Shown: one piece after another, positions 40,410 through 50,953 of the stretch | How the letters are laid out: each line of letters starts with the position of its first letter | Numbering within the stretch: position 1 is the stretch's first letter | Assembly: GCA_030041455.1 (NCBI GenBank) | Contig: JASHNV010000110.1 | Coordinates: forward strand, 5,724-69,723 | Direction: 5' to 3' | From: Spirochaetia bacterium | GTDB lineage: Bacteria; Spirochaetota; Spirochaetia; DAHUYW01 | DNA: 64,000 nucleotides | Position numbers and translations under genes: made by a program | Notes under the pieces: model-generated | What the model was told of the DNA's origin: nothing | What the model saw: the letters and a program-made list of their open reading frames with translations, nothing else | Database searches by the model: none

Positions 40410-40667
40410 GCGAAGGTCCGTCGCGAGGCCGCGTTTTCGGGAATGCGACCGGTTTTCCCCTCTGCCTGAGGAAAGCCACGGCTCCCAAGCGGCATCGAGG
40501 AGACCCGGCTCCGGGGCGCTTTCAGGAGATCCGTTGCAGACACCGGGCGCGGCCAGCGTTCCGATCGGCCCGGGTCCGCGCGGCCCTCCCGCCTGCCTGC
40601 ATGCCCTCGTCAGGGGCCTCCCGAGACCCAGAGTCCGCGAGCCTCGGCGGGCGCGCCTTTGAGGGAT

Positions 40668-40690
40668 CCGGGCTCCTTGAGGGAGCCCGG
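40668..40690 (-). terminator. Hairpin terminator candidate after the TRAP permease gene
   Basis: Perfect 9-bp stem ccgggctcc/ggagcccgg with a 5-nt loop, 44 nt past the stop. No U-tract. Confidence 0.35.
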
Positions 40691-40733
40691 CGTCATTCGG
40701 GAGGAGGGGGAGGGCGCGGGAAGCCCGATCGAG

Positions 40734-42614
40734 TCAGCGGCCCCCGTGGAGGAGGCCCACGAGACCCGTCGAGAACCACGGCACGTAGGTGATGACGAGA
40801 ACGGCGAGGAACAGCGTGAGGGAGAAGGGAATGACGTAGCGCCAGATTGTGGCGAGCGGCTTGTTGAAGCGGTAGGAGGCGAGGAACAGGTTCAATCCGA
40901 TCGGGGGCGTGAGGTAGCCGAGCTCGAGGTTCGCGAGAAAGATGATGCCGAGATGGACGGGATTCACGCCGAAGAGAACGCCCACCGGTATCACGAGGGG
41001 CGCGACGACGAGGATCGCCGAGAAGATGTCCATGAGGCCGCCGGTCACGAGCAGCGTGAGGTTGAGCAGGATGAGGAAGACGTACCTCGAGTGGATGTGG
41101 TGCTCGACCCAATGGGTGAGGATCGTGGGGACCTGCGCGTCGACGATGTAGTACGAGAAGCCCTTCGCGACGGCGAGGATCACGAGGACCCCGCCGATGA
41201 TCGGGAGGCACTTCAGGAGAACTCCCGGAAGCTCCGAGACCCGGAGGTCTCTCTTGATCGCGAGGGAGACGATGAGGACGTAGACGACGGCAAGCGCCGA
41301 AGTCTCCACGAGAGTCGTGATCCCCCCGAAGTAGCAGACGATGATGACGACCGGGAGGAGCACCTCCCAGACGGATTCGCGGAGGGAAACGGCCGCCTCC
41401 TTCGCGCGAAAGCCCACCATCTTCACCTTGTTGCGGAGCGCGTTCGCGACGCCTACCCCCGAGAGCGTCAGCACGAGCACGATGCCCGGCACGATGCCCG
41501 CGATGAACATGTCCTTGATGTTGATCTCGGCGATCACGCCGTAGAGGATGATCGGAAGGCTCGGCGGGAAGAGGAGCCCGATGCTGCCCGAGGAGGTGAG
41601 GAGCCCCATCGCGAACCTGCTCGACGTTCCGCGCTCGGCGAGCACCGCGACGAGGAGCGCTCCGAGGGCGAGGATCGTGACGCCCGAGGCGCCGGTGAAG
41701 GTCGTGAAAAACGCGCAGACGAGGACCGACATGATCGCGAGGCCGCCGGGAAACCATCCGAAGAAGGCCTTGAAAAGGCGCACGAGGCGCCCCGCGGCCT
41801 GGCTCTCCGACAGGAGAAAGCCCGCGAGGGTGAAGAGGGGGATCGCCGGGATGGTGTCGCCGGTGAGCATCGTGTAGGCTTCGTTCGGGATGACCGCGAG
41901 CGCCCCTCCGGCCTTCGCGAAGAGCATGTAGGCCACTCCGCCGAGGACGATGAAGATGGGCGCCCCGGTAAAGGCCGACGCGACGAGAACGACGATCGCC
42001 GGCAGAGCCGCCGCGCCGGTCACGGCGTTGAAGACGTCGTCGAGGGGATCGAGGATCGCGGGAGGATTCGCGACGAGCGTCGTGAGGATGTTGTCGATCG
42101 GGCCGATCCCGAGAAAGGTTCCGACGACGACGCCGAGGAGCGCGAGACGGCCCCACGGAAGGGCCCAGGCTCGCTCGACGAAGCGGAACGCCATGAAACC
42201 GAAGCCCACGGGCATGATCGCGGCGACCGCCATGATCGGAAGCACGCCGACCTTCGCCGACGGGTCGAAGCCGACGAGCACCATCGCGAGGGAGCTCCAC
42301 GCGAGCGCCGTCGCGACCGAGGCGGAGATGAAGGCGTTCGCGACCCGCACCGCGTCGGCGACCTCCCGCTTCATCATGTCGACGCCGACGGACATCGACA
42401 GGTGCCGCCCCTCGCGCGAGGTGATCATGCCGCCGACGAACGCCGCCCACAACACGAGATGGCTGAAGTAGGCGCTCGAGGCGGGGATCCCCGTGCGGAA
42501 GACGAGGCGCATGACGACCCCGACCGTCGGCAGGAGCGCGAGGAGCAGGAGCACGAGGTAGCCGACGACGTTCTCGACCCGCTCGAGCCACCCGGCGGGC
42601 TTCTCAGCCGCCAT
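40734..42614 (-). CDS. TRAP transporter fused small/large permease (DctQM-type; TatQM of a TPAT system)
   Basis: 626-aa polytopic membrane protein with a DctQ-like N-terminal 4-TM region followed by a DctM-like 12-TM region. Confidence 0.85.
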   Translation of the reverse strand: MAAEKPAGWLERVENVVGYLVLLLLALLPTVGVVMRLVFRTGIPASSAYFSHLVLWAAFVGGMITSREGRHLSMSVGVDMMKREVADAVRVANAFISASVATALAWSSLAMVLVGFDPSAKVGVLPIMAVAAIMPVGFGFMAFRFVERAWALPWGRLALLGVVVGTFLGIGPIDNILTTLVANPPAILDPLDDVFNAVTGAAALPAIVVLVASAFTGAPIFIVLGGVAYMLFAKAGGALAVIPNEAYTMLTGDTIPAIPLFTLAGFLLSESQAAGRLVRLFKAFFGWFPGGLAIMSVLVCAFFTTFTGASGVTILALGALLVAVLAERGTSSRFAMGLLTSSGSIGLLFPPSLPIILYGVIAEINIKDMFIAGIVPGIVLVLTLSGVGVANALRNKVKMVGFRAKEAAVSLRESVWEVLLPVVIIVCYFGGITTLVETSALAVVYVLIVSLAIKRDLRVSELPGVLLKCLPIIGGVLVILAVAKGFSYYIVDAQVPTILTHWVEHHIHSRYVFLILLNLTLLVTGGLMDIFSAILVVAPLVIPVGVLFGVNPVHLGIIFLANLELGYLTPPIGLNLFLASYRFNKPLATIWRYVIPFSLTLFLAVLVITYVPWFSTGLVGLLHGGR

Positions 42615-43599
42615 GAGCGCTCCGATAGTCCCGGATGAGCGCCTGGACTCGGTCGAAGGTCGCCGTGGGAACGTCCGTCCCGATGAGCGCGCTGTAGCCG
42701 CTCGCGACGAGCGCGCGCCAGCGCTCCGCCTCGACGGGGGAAACCCGGTTGATCGCGAGCCCGTTCTCGCTCATGACCTCGCGCGCGCGCCGCTCGAGGC
42801 TCCGGGTCCTCTCGTAGAGCGAGCCGAGGTCGCCCTCGGCCGCCTCGGCGAGCGCGGGACGGTAGGCGGGCGCGACGCGCTCCCAAGCGCGCCTGCTCAC
42901 GACGATCCCCGAGATGAGGGGCGCGATCCTGAGGTCGCACAGGTTCCGCGCGATGCCGAACCACTGGTAGGCCGCCGCGGCGATCGGCTCGGTGTAGATC
43001 GCGTCGATCATGCCGCTCGAGAGCCCGGTCATGATGTCGGAAAAGGAGATCGTCGTGACTCGAAAGCCGGCGCGCCTCCACGCCTGCACGACGTCGGGGT
43101 CCGAGCCTGAGACCGCGAGCTTCTGCGCCATGAGGTCGGAGGGGGAGACGACCGGATCCCGCGAGAAGAACTCGATCCAGCCCGCAAGCGTCCAGCCGAG
43201 GAGGACGAAGCCTTTCCCCTCGAACTCCCTCTTGAACTCCGGAGTCATCGCGTCGAGGACGTAGCGAAGCTCGGGCCCCGAGGAGAACAGGAAGGGAAGA
43301 TCGAAGACGAGGACCCCCCTCACGATGTCCTTCAGGCCCTCGCCGGAGAGCGCAGCCGCCTGGAGCTCGCCGATGCGCATCTTGCGCACCATGTCGAGCT
43401 CGTCGCCCGCGATCGAGCCCGGATAGATCTTGAGGCTGACCGCTCCCTGCGACGCCTCGCTCCACTGCTCGGCGAGCGCGCGGAGCGAGGCGTCCCACGG
43501 CGAGTTCGGCGGAGCGACGGTCCCCATCTTGATGGTCTGCGCGGACGCCGGAAGCGCGGCGAGGAGCGCGCCTAGCAGAATGCCGGGAATGACTCTCAT
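42604..43599 (-). CDS. TRAP transporter periplasmic substrate-binding protein (DctP/TatP)
   Basis: Signal peptide plus a DctP-family fold. Overlaps the permease gene start by 11 nt. Confidence 0.8.
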   Translation of the reverse strand: MRVIPGILLGALLAALPASAQTIKMGTVAPPNSPWDASLRALAEQWSEASQGAVSLKIYPGSIAGDELDMVRKMRIGELQAAALSGEGLKDIVRGVLVFDLPFLFSSGPELRYVLDAMTPEFKREFEGKGFVLLGWTLAGWIEFFSRDPVVSPSDLMAQKLAVSGSDPDVVQAWRRAGFRVTTISFSDIMTGLSSGMIDAIYTEPIAAAAYQWFGIARNLCDLRIAPLISGIVVSRRAWERVAPAYRPALAEAAEGDLGSLYERTRSLERRAREVMSENGLAINRVSPVEAERWRALVASGYSALIGTDVPTATFDRVQALIRDYRSAHGG

Positions 43600-43611
43600 G
43601 CTGCTCCTTTG

Positions 43612-44548
43612 TCACGGAGAGAGAAAGTAGTCGTCGATGTTTTCGAGGAGCCAGCGCGCCCGCTCCTGGGCGATGACGTTGAGAAGGCGGCTGTCCGGAT
43701 CGACGTCGGGATCGATCGCAAGCGCCTTGCCGAGCAGCTCGCGGAACTCCCGCTCGTTGTGCTCCCGAACCGCCACCGCCTCGGCCATCGCCACGTACGC
43801 GGAGGCGCGCTTGCCGCCCTCGATGGCGACCGCGCGCTCGAACTCGCTTCGCGCCTTGTCGAGACCGCCGCCCATGGAGGCTGGCGCCGCGGCGTCGTAG
43901 CTCACGTAGAACTCCGGGATCGCTCCGTCCGCGAACGTCTCGTCAAGCTGCTCCGCGCGGCTCATCATCGCGAGGGGGCGGTCGACGGTGAGCGCGAGGG
44001 AGAAGTCGAGGGGGTTGATGGCGTAGGCGGCCATCCATCCGGCCGAGACCCAATAGAGGTAGGGAACGTCCGGCTTCCTCATCTCGGCGAGCAATCGGTC
44101 GAAGTCGCCTTTCGCCCGGTCGGCGACCGCGCGGCTGAAGCCCGGGTGCCTGATCTCGATGCCGCGAAGCACGTAGTCTCGCCCGCGCAGGTAGAGCGCC
44201 TTCGCGCGCTTGAGCTCGCTCGCCTGCTCCTTGAAGTCCGCCTCGGGCAGCATCTCCGCCGGCCCCTGGACGTAGGCGTTCGCGTACATCACGAACAGGC
44301 TTCCGGTCTGGAGCGCGAGCGCGGCGTTCGTCGGGTCCTTCTCGAGGAGCGTCTCGTAGAGCTTCAACGCGAACGGCAGCGCGTCGCCCACGAGGATCGG
44401 ATCGTCGTCGGAGGTGAAGGCGTTCGCCGCGCCTCCGCCGGAGGAGAGCGAGTCGGCCACCATGTTGATGGCGACCTTGTCGAGCGCGCAGGAAACCCCG
44501 ACCATCGCCACCGTCGCCGCGAGCGCACATCGCAGGGCCCGTTTCATG
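43612..44548 (-). CDS. TatT-like TPR lipoprotein (T-component of TPR-protein-associated TRAP transporters)
   Basis: Lipoprotein signal MKRALRCALAATVAMVGVSCA followed by an all-helical TPR-like protein of ~310 aa. It sits immediately upstream of tatP/tatQM, as in Treponema pallidum Tp0956-0958. An alternative start lies at 44583. Confidence 0.6.
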
Positions 44549-44601
44549 CGTCGATTGTTGCATGTAAGCGCCGGAGAGTTCAACTGCCCGCGCGGGCGAG
44601 A

Positions 44602-45063
44602 CTACCGCGCGCGGCTCTTCAGGAGCCGCGCGAGCTCGCGGTCGAGCGCGTCGGCGAAGGTCTTCGTCTCCTTGCGTCCGAAGCGGCCGGTGCGCTCAGG
44701 GGCGAGCCCGTTGCTCCGGAGCTCGTACATGAAGTCGCGGATCGAGAGGCGCTCGCGCACGTTCTCCGCCGTGTAGAGGTTCCCGCGGTCGTTGATGACC
44801 CTCACCCCGCGCGCGGCGAGCGCGGCGGCAAGCGGAATGTCCCGCGTCACGACGAGATCCGAGAGCTCGCTGTGCGCGAGGAGGTGTTCGTCGGCCTTCC
44901 CCTCCCCCGCCTCCACCCTGACGAAGGTGACCGGCGACGGGGCGCCCGCGGGAAGCTCGCGGTTCGCGACGAAGATCGCCTCGATTCCCGCTCGATTCGC
45001 GGCGCGCGCGATGATCTCCCGCACCTGCCGAGGGCAGGAATCCGCGTCGACCCAGATCCTCAC
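44602..45063 (-). CDS. yaiI: UPF0178 (YaiI-family) protein
   Basis: MRIWVDADSCPRQVREII…DLVVTRDIPLAA aligns closely to E. coli YaiI (MKIWVDADACPK…DLVITADIPLAA). Confidence 0.7.
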   Translation of the reverse strand: MRIWVDADSCPRQVREIIARAANRAGIEAIFVANRELPAGAPSPVTFVRVEAGEGKADEHLLAHSELSDLVVTRDIPLAAALAARGVRVINDRGNLYTAENVRERLSIRDFMYELRSNGLAPERTGRFGRKETKTFADALDRELARLLKSRAR

Positions 45064-46313
45064 GGCACGTCCGCGCGGAAGAGCTCGGCCTCCCCGAGGA
45101 TCCGGTAGGGAGCGGCCGCCTGCGGGACGACGAAGGAGTCGCCCTTGGCGAAGCGAAGCGGCTGCGCTCCTTGGAGCTCCCCCGCGCCCTGGACGCAGAT
45201 GAAGATCTCAAGGGAGGGGCGGTCTCGCCCGTCGAGAACGGCGCCCGCGCGCACGGCGACGCGCGACAGGCGAAACTCGCCGGTCGGCGCCCGGTAGACC
45301 TCGACCGCCTCGCCCGCCGCCTTCGGTCGCAGGACCTCAGGCGCGCCGCCCCTGAAGACGAGGATCGAGAGAAGCTCCGGGACGTCGACGTGCTTCGAGG
45401 TAAGGCCTCCGCGGAGGACGTTGTCGGAGTTCGCCATGAGCTCGACGCCGACGCCCTCGAGGTAGGCGTGGAGCACGCCCGCGGGAAGGAACATCGCCTC
45501 GCCGGGGGCGAGGCGAACGAGGTTCAGGTAGAGGGGCGCGAGCGCCCCGATGTCGCCGGGAAACTCGCGCGCGATCCTCACGACCCACGCGGCGCGGCTG
45601 CCCGGGTCGCTCCGCCGTCCGCAGGCGCCGACCGCCTCGCCGACGATCTCCCGGGCCCCGGCCGCGTCGCGCTCGAGGAGGGCGCGGAGGAAGGAGCGCA
45701 GGCCCTCCGCGTCCGGGCTCCTCCGGAGGTGCTCGGCGAGCGGCGCGAGGCTCGGCGCGCCGAGGCCGGCGAGCTCCTCGGCGATCTCCCCGGCCGGCCG
45801 AAAGCCGCACATCCCCCAAAAGGGGCTCAGGGCGCAGATGATCTCCGGCTTGTGGCTGGGGTCGCGATAGTTTCGCTCGGGCGCCTGGAGGGGAACGCCC
45901 AGGGCGTTCTCGCGCTCGAAGCCCTCGCGCGCCTGGCGGGAATCGGGATGAGCCTGGATCGAGAGCGCCCTCGAGGCGGCGAGCACCTTGAAGAGGAACG
46001 GCAGCCGAGCCTGGCTCGCCCGGGAGCACGCCGGGCCGAGAACGTGCTCGGGATCGGCGGCGACGAAATCGAGGAGACTCGGCGCGCCCGAGCTCTCGGC
46101 CTCCCCGCCCGCGATCACCGCACGAGGCTCCCTCGCGCCGTCTTCGACGAGCCGAGAGGGCGCCTTCGGATGCGCGCCCATCCAGAGCTCCGCCTCGGGA
46201 ATCGCCGCGGGGTTCTCCATGCCGAGGAGGGAGGGGATCGCGGTGGTCGAGCCCCAGTCGTAGGGCTGGATGGTGTTTCGTAGCCGGTAGATCCGGGTCG
46301 GGTCGATCGTCAT
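45060..46313 (-). CDS. manA: Mannose-6-phosphate isomerase, class I
   Basis: YDWGS, ELWMGAHPK, LPFLFKVL, LSIQAHP and the Zn ligands. The 3' end overlaps the yaiI start by 4 nt. Confidence 0.8.
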   Translation of the reverse strand: MTIDPTRIYRLRNTIQPYDWGSTTAIPSLLGMENPAAIPEAELWMGAHPKAPSRLVEDGAREPRAVIAGGEAESSGAPSLLDFVAADPEHVLGPACSRASQARLPFLFKVLAASRALSIQAHPDSRQAREGFERENALGVPLQAPERNYRDPSHKPEIICALSPFWGMCGFRPAGEIAEELAGLGAPSLAPLAEHLRRSPDAEGLRSFLRALLERDAAGAREIVGEAVGACGRRSDPGSRAAWVVRIAREFPGDIGALAPLYLNLVRLAPGEAMFLPAGVLHAYLEGVGVELMANSDNVLRGGLTSKHVDVPELLSILVFRGGAPEVLRPKAAGEAVEVYRAPTGEFRLSRVAVRAGAVLDGRDRPSLEIFICVQGAGELQGAQPLRFAKGDSFVVPQAAAPYRILGEAELFRADVP

Positions 46314-46424
46314 GCCTCCCCATAGTACGCCGCCTCGAGGCGGGCGGTAAAGTGGCGCCTCCGGCTGGACAGGTCTCGGCTCCCGTGATTAGAATGGCGG
46401 CTGCCCGAAGGGCGAGGACAGTGC

Positions 46425-47453
46425 ATGAACCTGCAGGACGATCCCCATCGAAGGCGCAACCCGCTCACGGGCGAGTGGGTCTTGGTGTCGCCGCACCGGA
46501 CGAAGCGCCCCTGGAAGGGTGAGGTCGAGGAGCTCCCGGCGGACCGCCTTCCCGCCTACGATCCCGGCTGCTACCTCTGCCCCGGCAACGCGCGGGCGGG
46601 AGACGCGCGCAACCCCGCCTACGAGGGAACCTTCGTCTTCGTGAACGATTTCTCGGCGCTCCTGCCCGAGGCGCCCTCGGGCCGCTACGAGCGCGGAGAG
46701 CTCCTCCTCGCCGAGAGCGAGCGCGGCCTGTGCAAGGTCATCTGCTTCTCGCCCCGCCACGACCTCACCCTCGCGCGCATGAGCGTCGAGGAGATCGCCC
46801 CGGTGATCGACACCTGGATCGACCAGTACGTCGAGATCGGCGGCCTCGATTACGTCGCATACGTCCAGATCTTCGAGAATCGCGGCGCGATGATGGGCAA
46901 TTCGAACCCCCATCCCCACTGCCAGATATGGGCGAGCGAGCACGTGCCGCTTGCGGCCGCGAGCGAGACCGAGCGGCAGCACGAGTACCGGGCCGATCGC
47001 GGCGGCTGCCTCCTCTGCGACTACCTCCGCATCGAGCTCGAAAGCGCGGAGCGCGTCGTCTTCGAGAACGAGAGCTTCGCGGTGCTCGTCCCATTCTGGG
47101 CGGTCTGGCCCTACGAGGTCATGCTCCTGCCGAAGGGGCACCACGCCTCGATCGACACGCTCTCGCGGGAGGAGAGGCGCGGCCTCGCCGACGCGATCCG
47201 GAGGCTCGGCTGCCGCTACGACAACCTCTTTCGAACGAGCTTCCCCTACTCGATGGGCGCCCACCAGCGCCCGACGGACGGGGGGGACTACCCGGGATGG
47301 CACCTTCACTTCCATTACTATCCGCCGCTCCTGCGCTCCGCCACGGTGCGGAAGTTCATGGTCGGCTACGAGATGCTCGGAACGCCGCAGCGCGACATCA
47401 CGCCGGAAGGGGCCGCCGCGACGCTTCGGGGTCTCTCGGAGATCCACTACTGA
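46425..47453 (+). CDS. galT: Galactose-1-phosphate uridylyltransferase
   Basis: N-terminus [23 protein letters not shown]. The HPHCQ active site and Zn-binding Cys/His residues are present. Confidence 0.9.
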   Translation: MNLQDDPHRRRNPLTGEWVLVSPHRTKRPWKGEVEELPADRLPAYDPGCYLCPGNARAGDARNPAYEGTFVFVNDFSALLPEAPSGRYERGELLLAESERGLCKVICFSPRHDLTLARMSVEEIAPVIDTWIDQYVEIGGLDYVAYVQIFENRGAMMGNSNPHPHCQIWASEHVPLAAASETERQHEYRADRGGCLLCDYLRIELESAERVVFENESFAVLVPFWAVWPYEVMLLPKGHHASIDTLSREERRGLADAIRRLGCRYDNLFRTSFPYSMGAHQRPTDGGDYPGWHLHFHYYPPLLRSATVRKFMVGYEMLGTPQRDITPEGAAATLRGLSEIHY

Positions 47454-47454
47454 C

Positions 47455-48738
47455 ATGCGGGCCGAAGGCGTCGCCGGGCTCGTCGAGGCAGGCGGGCTCG
47501 ACCGGTTCCTCGCCGACCTCTACGGACCGCGCGAGACCGAGGCGCAGCGCCGGCGCTACGCCCGGCTCGCCCGCCGGGCGGCCTTCTCGTCGGGCGATCT
47601 CCTCCTGGTGAGCACACCGGGGCGGACCGAGCTCGGCGGCAACCACACCGACCACAACAACGGCAAGGTGCTCGCCGCGAGCGTCGACCTCGATTCCCTC
47701 GCCGCGGTGGCGAGGAGCGACGATCTCGTCGTGGAGCTCTTCTCCGAGGGCTTTCAGGCGCCCTTTCGGGTCGACCTCCGCGACACCTCGCCGCGGAGCT
47801 CCGAGCGCGGCACGACCGAGGCGCTGATCCGGGGCGTCGCCGCGCGCCTCGCCGCCCTCGGCTTCAGGATCGGCGGCTTCCGCGGCGGGATCGCGAGCGA
47901 CGTGCTCAGGGGATCGGGCTTGAGCTCCTCGGCCTCGATCGAGGTCCTCCTCGGGACCTGCTTCAGCCACCTGTACAACTCCGGCGGCCTCCAGGCGGAG
48001 ACGATCGCTTCGGCGGGCAAGTACGCCGAAAACGTCTACTTCGGGAAGCCCTCGGGCCTGATGGACCAGATGGCCTGCGCCACAGGCGGGATCGTCGGCA
48101 TCGATTTCCTCCTGCCTGAGGCGCCGAAGGTGGAGCGGATACCCTTCGACTTCCTCTCCCACGGCTACGCGCTCACGGTCGTCGACACCGGGAGCAGCCA
48201 CGACGATCTCACCGAGGACTACGCCGCGATTCCGGCGGAGATGCGCGCGGTCGCCGGAGCGCTCGGGAAGAGCGTCTGCCGCGAGATCTCCTATCCGGAG
48301 CTCCTCGGCGCGCTGCCGCGGCTGCGAGCGAGCGCGGGGGAGCGGGCGATCCTCCGCGCGATGCATTTCCTCGACGAGAACGCGCGGGTCGATCGCGAGA
48401 TCGAGGCGCTGAAGGAAGGCGACATCGGCGGCTACCTCGCCGCCGTGCGCGAGTCGGGCTCCTCCTCGTGGCGGCTCCTGCAGAACTGCTGGTCGCCGCG
48501 CGCCGCCTCCGAGCCGATCCCCCTCGCCCTCGCGCTGAGCGAGCGCTTTCTCTCCGGCGACGGCGCCTGCCGGGTGCACGGCGGCGGCTTCGCGGGGACC
48601 ATTCAGACCTACGTGCCGACGGGCCGCTCCGAGGAGTACCGCGCCCTCATGGAGGGGGCTTTCGGCGCCGGCTCCGTGACCGGGCTCCGCGTGCGAAACG
48701 AGGGCAGTATTGCCGTACCGCTGCCCGATCGCGTATAA
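47455..48738 (+). CDS. galK: Galactokinase
   Basis: GHMP kinase with [10 protein letters not shown] (galactose site) and GLSSSAS (ATP motif). The ATG lies 1 nt after the galT stop; the 595-aa track ORF is an upstream shadow extension. Confidence 0.85.
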   Translation: MRAEGVAGLVEAGGLDRFLADLYGPRETEAQRRRYARLARRAAFSSGDLLLVSTPGRTELGGNHTDHNNGKVLAASVDLDSLAAVARSDDLVVELFSEGFQAPFRVDLRDTSPRSSERGTTEALIRGVAARLAALGFRIGGFRGGIASDVLRGSGLSSSASIEVLLGTCFSHLYNSGGLQAETIASAGKYAENVYFGKPSGLMDQMACATGGIVGIDFLLPEAPKVERIPFDFLSHGYALTVVDTGSSHDDLTEDYAAIPAEMRAVAGALGKSVCREISYPELLGALPRLRASAGERAILRAMHFLDENARVDREIEALKEGDIGGYLAAVRESGSSSWRLLQNCWSPRAASEPIPLALALSERFLSGDGACRVHGGGFAGTIQTYVPTGRSEEYRALMEGAFGAGSVTGLRVRNEGSIAVPLPDRV

Positions 48739-48772
48739 TCGGGCAACGTCCTCACAGGGGGCTCAACCGCTC

Positions 48773-50428
48773 ATGGAATACTCCGCGCTCCAGAAGGCTC
48801 GCTACGGCTATTCGCCGAAGCTTCCCGGCATCCTCAGAGGCGACGTCGCCGCGATCCTGACGAAGGCCGGACGCCCGACCGAAGCGGCGTCCGCGCGCGC
48901 CGAGATCAAGGCGGCCTTCCCGAAGACCTACGGAATGCCCGAGGTGGAGCTCGCCGCCGGAAGCAATCCCCAGGCGAGGGAGAGGCGCGGCGTCGGAGTC
49001 GTCCTGTCGGGAGGCCAGGCGCCGGGCGGCCACAACGTGATCGCGGGGCTCTTCGACGCGCTGAAGGCGGGAAACCCCGACTCGCAGCTCGTCGGCTTCC
49101 TCGGGGGGCCCCAGGGCATCGTCGACGGGAAGTCGATCGAGCTCACCGCGGCGATCGTCGACGGCTACCGCAACACCGGCGGATTCGAGATCATCGGATC
49201 GGGCCGGACGAAGCTCGAGACCCCGGACCAGTTCGAGAAGGCGGCTTCGGCGTGCAAGCGCCTCGGGCTCTCCGCGCTCGTGGTCGTCGGGGGCGACGAC
49301 TCAAACACGAACGCGGCGGTGCTCGCAGAGCATTTCCTCGCCTCGGGCGAGCCGATCACCGTCGTGGGCGTGCCGAAGACCATCGACGGCGACCTCAAGA
49401 ACGCCCAGATCGAGACCTCCTTCGGCTTCGACACGGCGACCAAGACCTACGCCGAGCTCATCGGGAACATCGAGCGGGACGCCGGCTCGGCGAAGAAGTA
49501 CTGGCACTTCGTCAAGCTCATGGGCCGCTCGGCGTCCCACATCGCGCTTGAGTGCGCGCTTCAAACCCGGCCGAACCTCGCGATCATCTCCGAGGAGGTC
49601 GAGCGGAAGCGGCAGACCCTCGCGGAGGTCGTCGAGGAGATCGCCGGGCTCGTCGCGAAGCGCGCCGAGGCCGGGGACAACTTCGGCGTCGCGCTCATTC
49701 CCGAGGGGCTCATCGAGTTCATTCCGGAGTTCGGGCGGCTCATCGCCGAGATCAACGAGCTGCTCGCCCGGAGCGCGGAAGCGTTCGCGGCCTTGAGCGA
49801 CCTCGAGGGACAGCTCGCGTGGCTCCGCGGGAAGCTCTCGGCGGAGGCGTTCGCGGCCTTCTCCGCGCTTCCCCGGGAGATTCAAGCGCAGCTGCTCTCC
49901 GACAGGGATCCGCACGGAAACGTCCAGGTCTCCCACATCGAGACCGAGAAGCTCCTCACCGCCATGGTGGGCGAGCGCCTCGAGGCGCTCGCGGCGGAGG
50001 GGAAATACTCGGGGAAGTTCAGCCCCCTCCACCACTTCTTCGGCTACGAGGGCCGCTGCGCCTTCCCGTCCAACTTCGACGCCGACTACTGCTACTCCCT
50101 CGGCTACTGCGCCTTTCTCCTCCTCGCCGGGGGGCGAACCGGCTACATGGCCGTCGTCCGCGGACTTTCGACGCCCGCCGAACAGTGGAAGCCCGGGGGC
50201 ATCCCCCTCACGACGATGATGGACATGGAGGAGCGGCACGGCAAGAAGAAGGCGGTGATCAAGAAAGCGCTCGTCGACCTCGCGGGCAAGCCCTTCAAGG
50301 CCTTCGCGGAGAAGCGCGTCGAGTGGTCGGTCGCGAACCACTACCTCTACCCCGGCGCGATTCAATACTTCGGTCCGCCGGAGGTCTGCGATCAGCCGAC
50401 GATCACCCTGAGGCTCGAGCGCTCGTAA
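48773..50428 (+). CDS. pfp: Pyrophosphate-dependent 6-phosphofructokinase (long PfpB-type)
   Basis: [18 protein letters not shown] and [10 protein letters not shown] motifs of PPi-PFK. Length ~551 aa, like spirochaete PfpB. Start is taken at MEYSAL. Confidence 0.85.
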   Translation: MEYSALQKARYGYSPKLPGILRGDVAAILTKAGRPTEAASARAEIKAAFPKTYGMPEVELAAGSNPQARERRGVGVVLSGGQAPGGHNVIAGLFDALKAGNPDSQLVGFLGGPQGIVDGKSIELTAAIVDGYRNTGGFEIIGSGRTKLETPDQFEKAASACKRLGLSALVVVGGDDSNTNAAVLAEHFLASGEPITVVGVPKTIDGDLKNAQIETSFGFDTATKTYAELIGNIERDAGSAKKYWHFVKLMGRSASHIALECALQTRPNLAIISEEVERKRQTLAEVVEEIAGLVAKRAEAGDNFGVALIPEGLIEFIPEFGRLIAEINELLARSAEAFAALSDLEGQLAWLRGKLSAEAFAAFSALPREIQAQLLSDRDPHGNVQVSHIETEKLLTAMVGERLEALAAEGKYSGKFSPLHHFFGYEGRCAFPSNFDADYCYSLGYCAFLLLAGGRTGYMAVVRGLSTPAEQWKPGGIPLTTMMDMEERHGKKKAVIKKALVDLAGKPFKAFAEKRVEWSVANHYLYPGAIQYFGPPEVCDQPTITLRLERS

Positions 50429-50488
50429 TCCGGGCGGCCCTCCGATCTCGCGAAGGGAGAAATCCTCGGCGCGGCGCGTTTCAGGCTC

Positions 50489-50532
50489 GCTTCCCCGCCC
50501 GGAAGGGAAGCCGAACCGCCGATTTTTTTTTG
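50489..50532 (+). terminator. Rho-independent terminator downstream of pfp
   Basis: Stem gcttccc/gggaagc (50489-50495 / 50505-50511), then a run of ten T (50523-50532). The T run is striking in this high-GC context. Confidence 0.4.
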
Positions 50533-50602
50533 AAAAAAGGCGGATATGCAGGACTCCGTTCCTGTAGTACAGTCAGACATTCTTCCGGGAAAGGAGCCAA
50601 CC

Positions 50603-50791
50603 ATGGCAGAGAATGAAACTTTGGTCATCGCCTCGAAGGTCAAGGCGTACATCAAGAAGTCCGGCGATCTGAAATGCTCGGCGGCCGTCATCGACGTTCT
50701 TTCCGAAAGGATCAGGGGTCTGTGCAACGCAGCCATCGAGAAGGCGAAGGCGGATAAGCGAAAGACCGTTCAAGAAAAGGATTTCCAGTAG
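50603..50791 (+). CDS. Small histone-fold protein (bacterial HBb-like singlet histone), 62 aa
   Basis: AAGGAG SD lies 6 nt upstream of the ATG. Sequence MAENETLVIASKVKAYIKKSGDLKCSAAVIDVLSERIRGLCNAAIEKAKADKRKTVQEKDFQ shows a helix-loop-long helix-loop-helix pattern and the RKT(V)xxxD loop-2/alpha-3 signature of histone folds. GC ~50% in a ~70% GC context. Confidence 0.45.
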   Translation: MAENETLVIASKVKAYIKKSGDLKCSAAVIDVLSERIRGLCNAAIEKAKADKRKTVQEKDFQ

Positions 50792-50953
50792 CCTGCATGA
50801 GGCCAGGGGAATCGGGGTCCGTCGCGGGATCGACGCCTTCGCGGCTCGCCCGCGCGGCCGGCTCCCCTGCTCGGTCCGGCGTCCGGAACGCCCGCGTCGA
50901 GCGCCTGGAACGCCGCGCGCGGGACGGCCGCTTCGGCTGAGGCGGCAGCCCGG

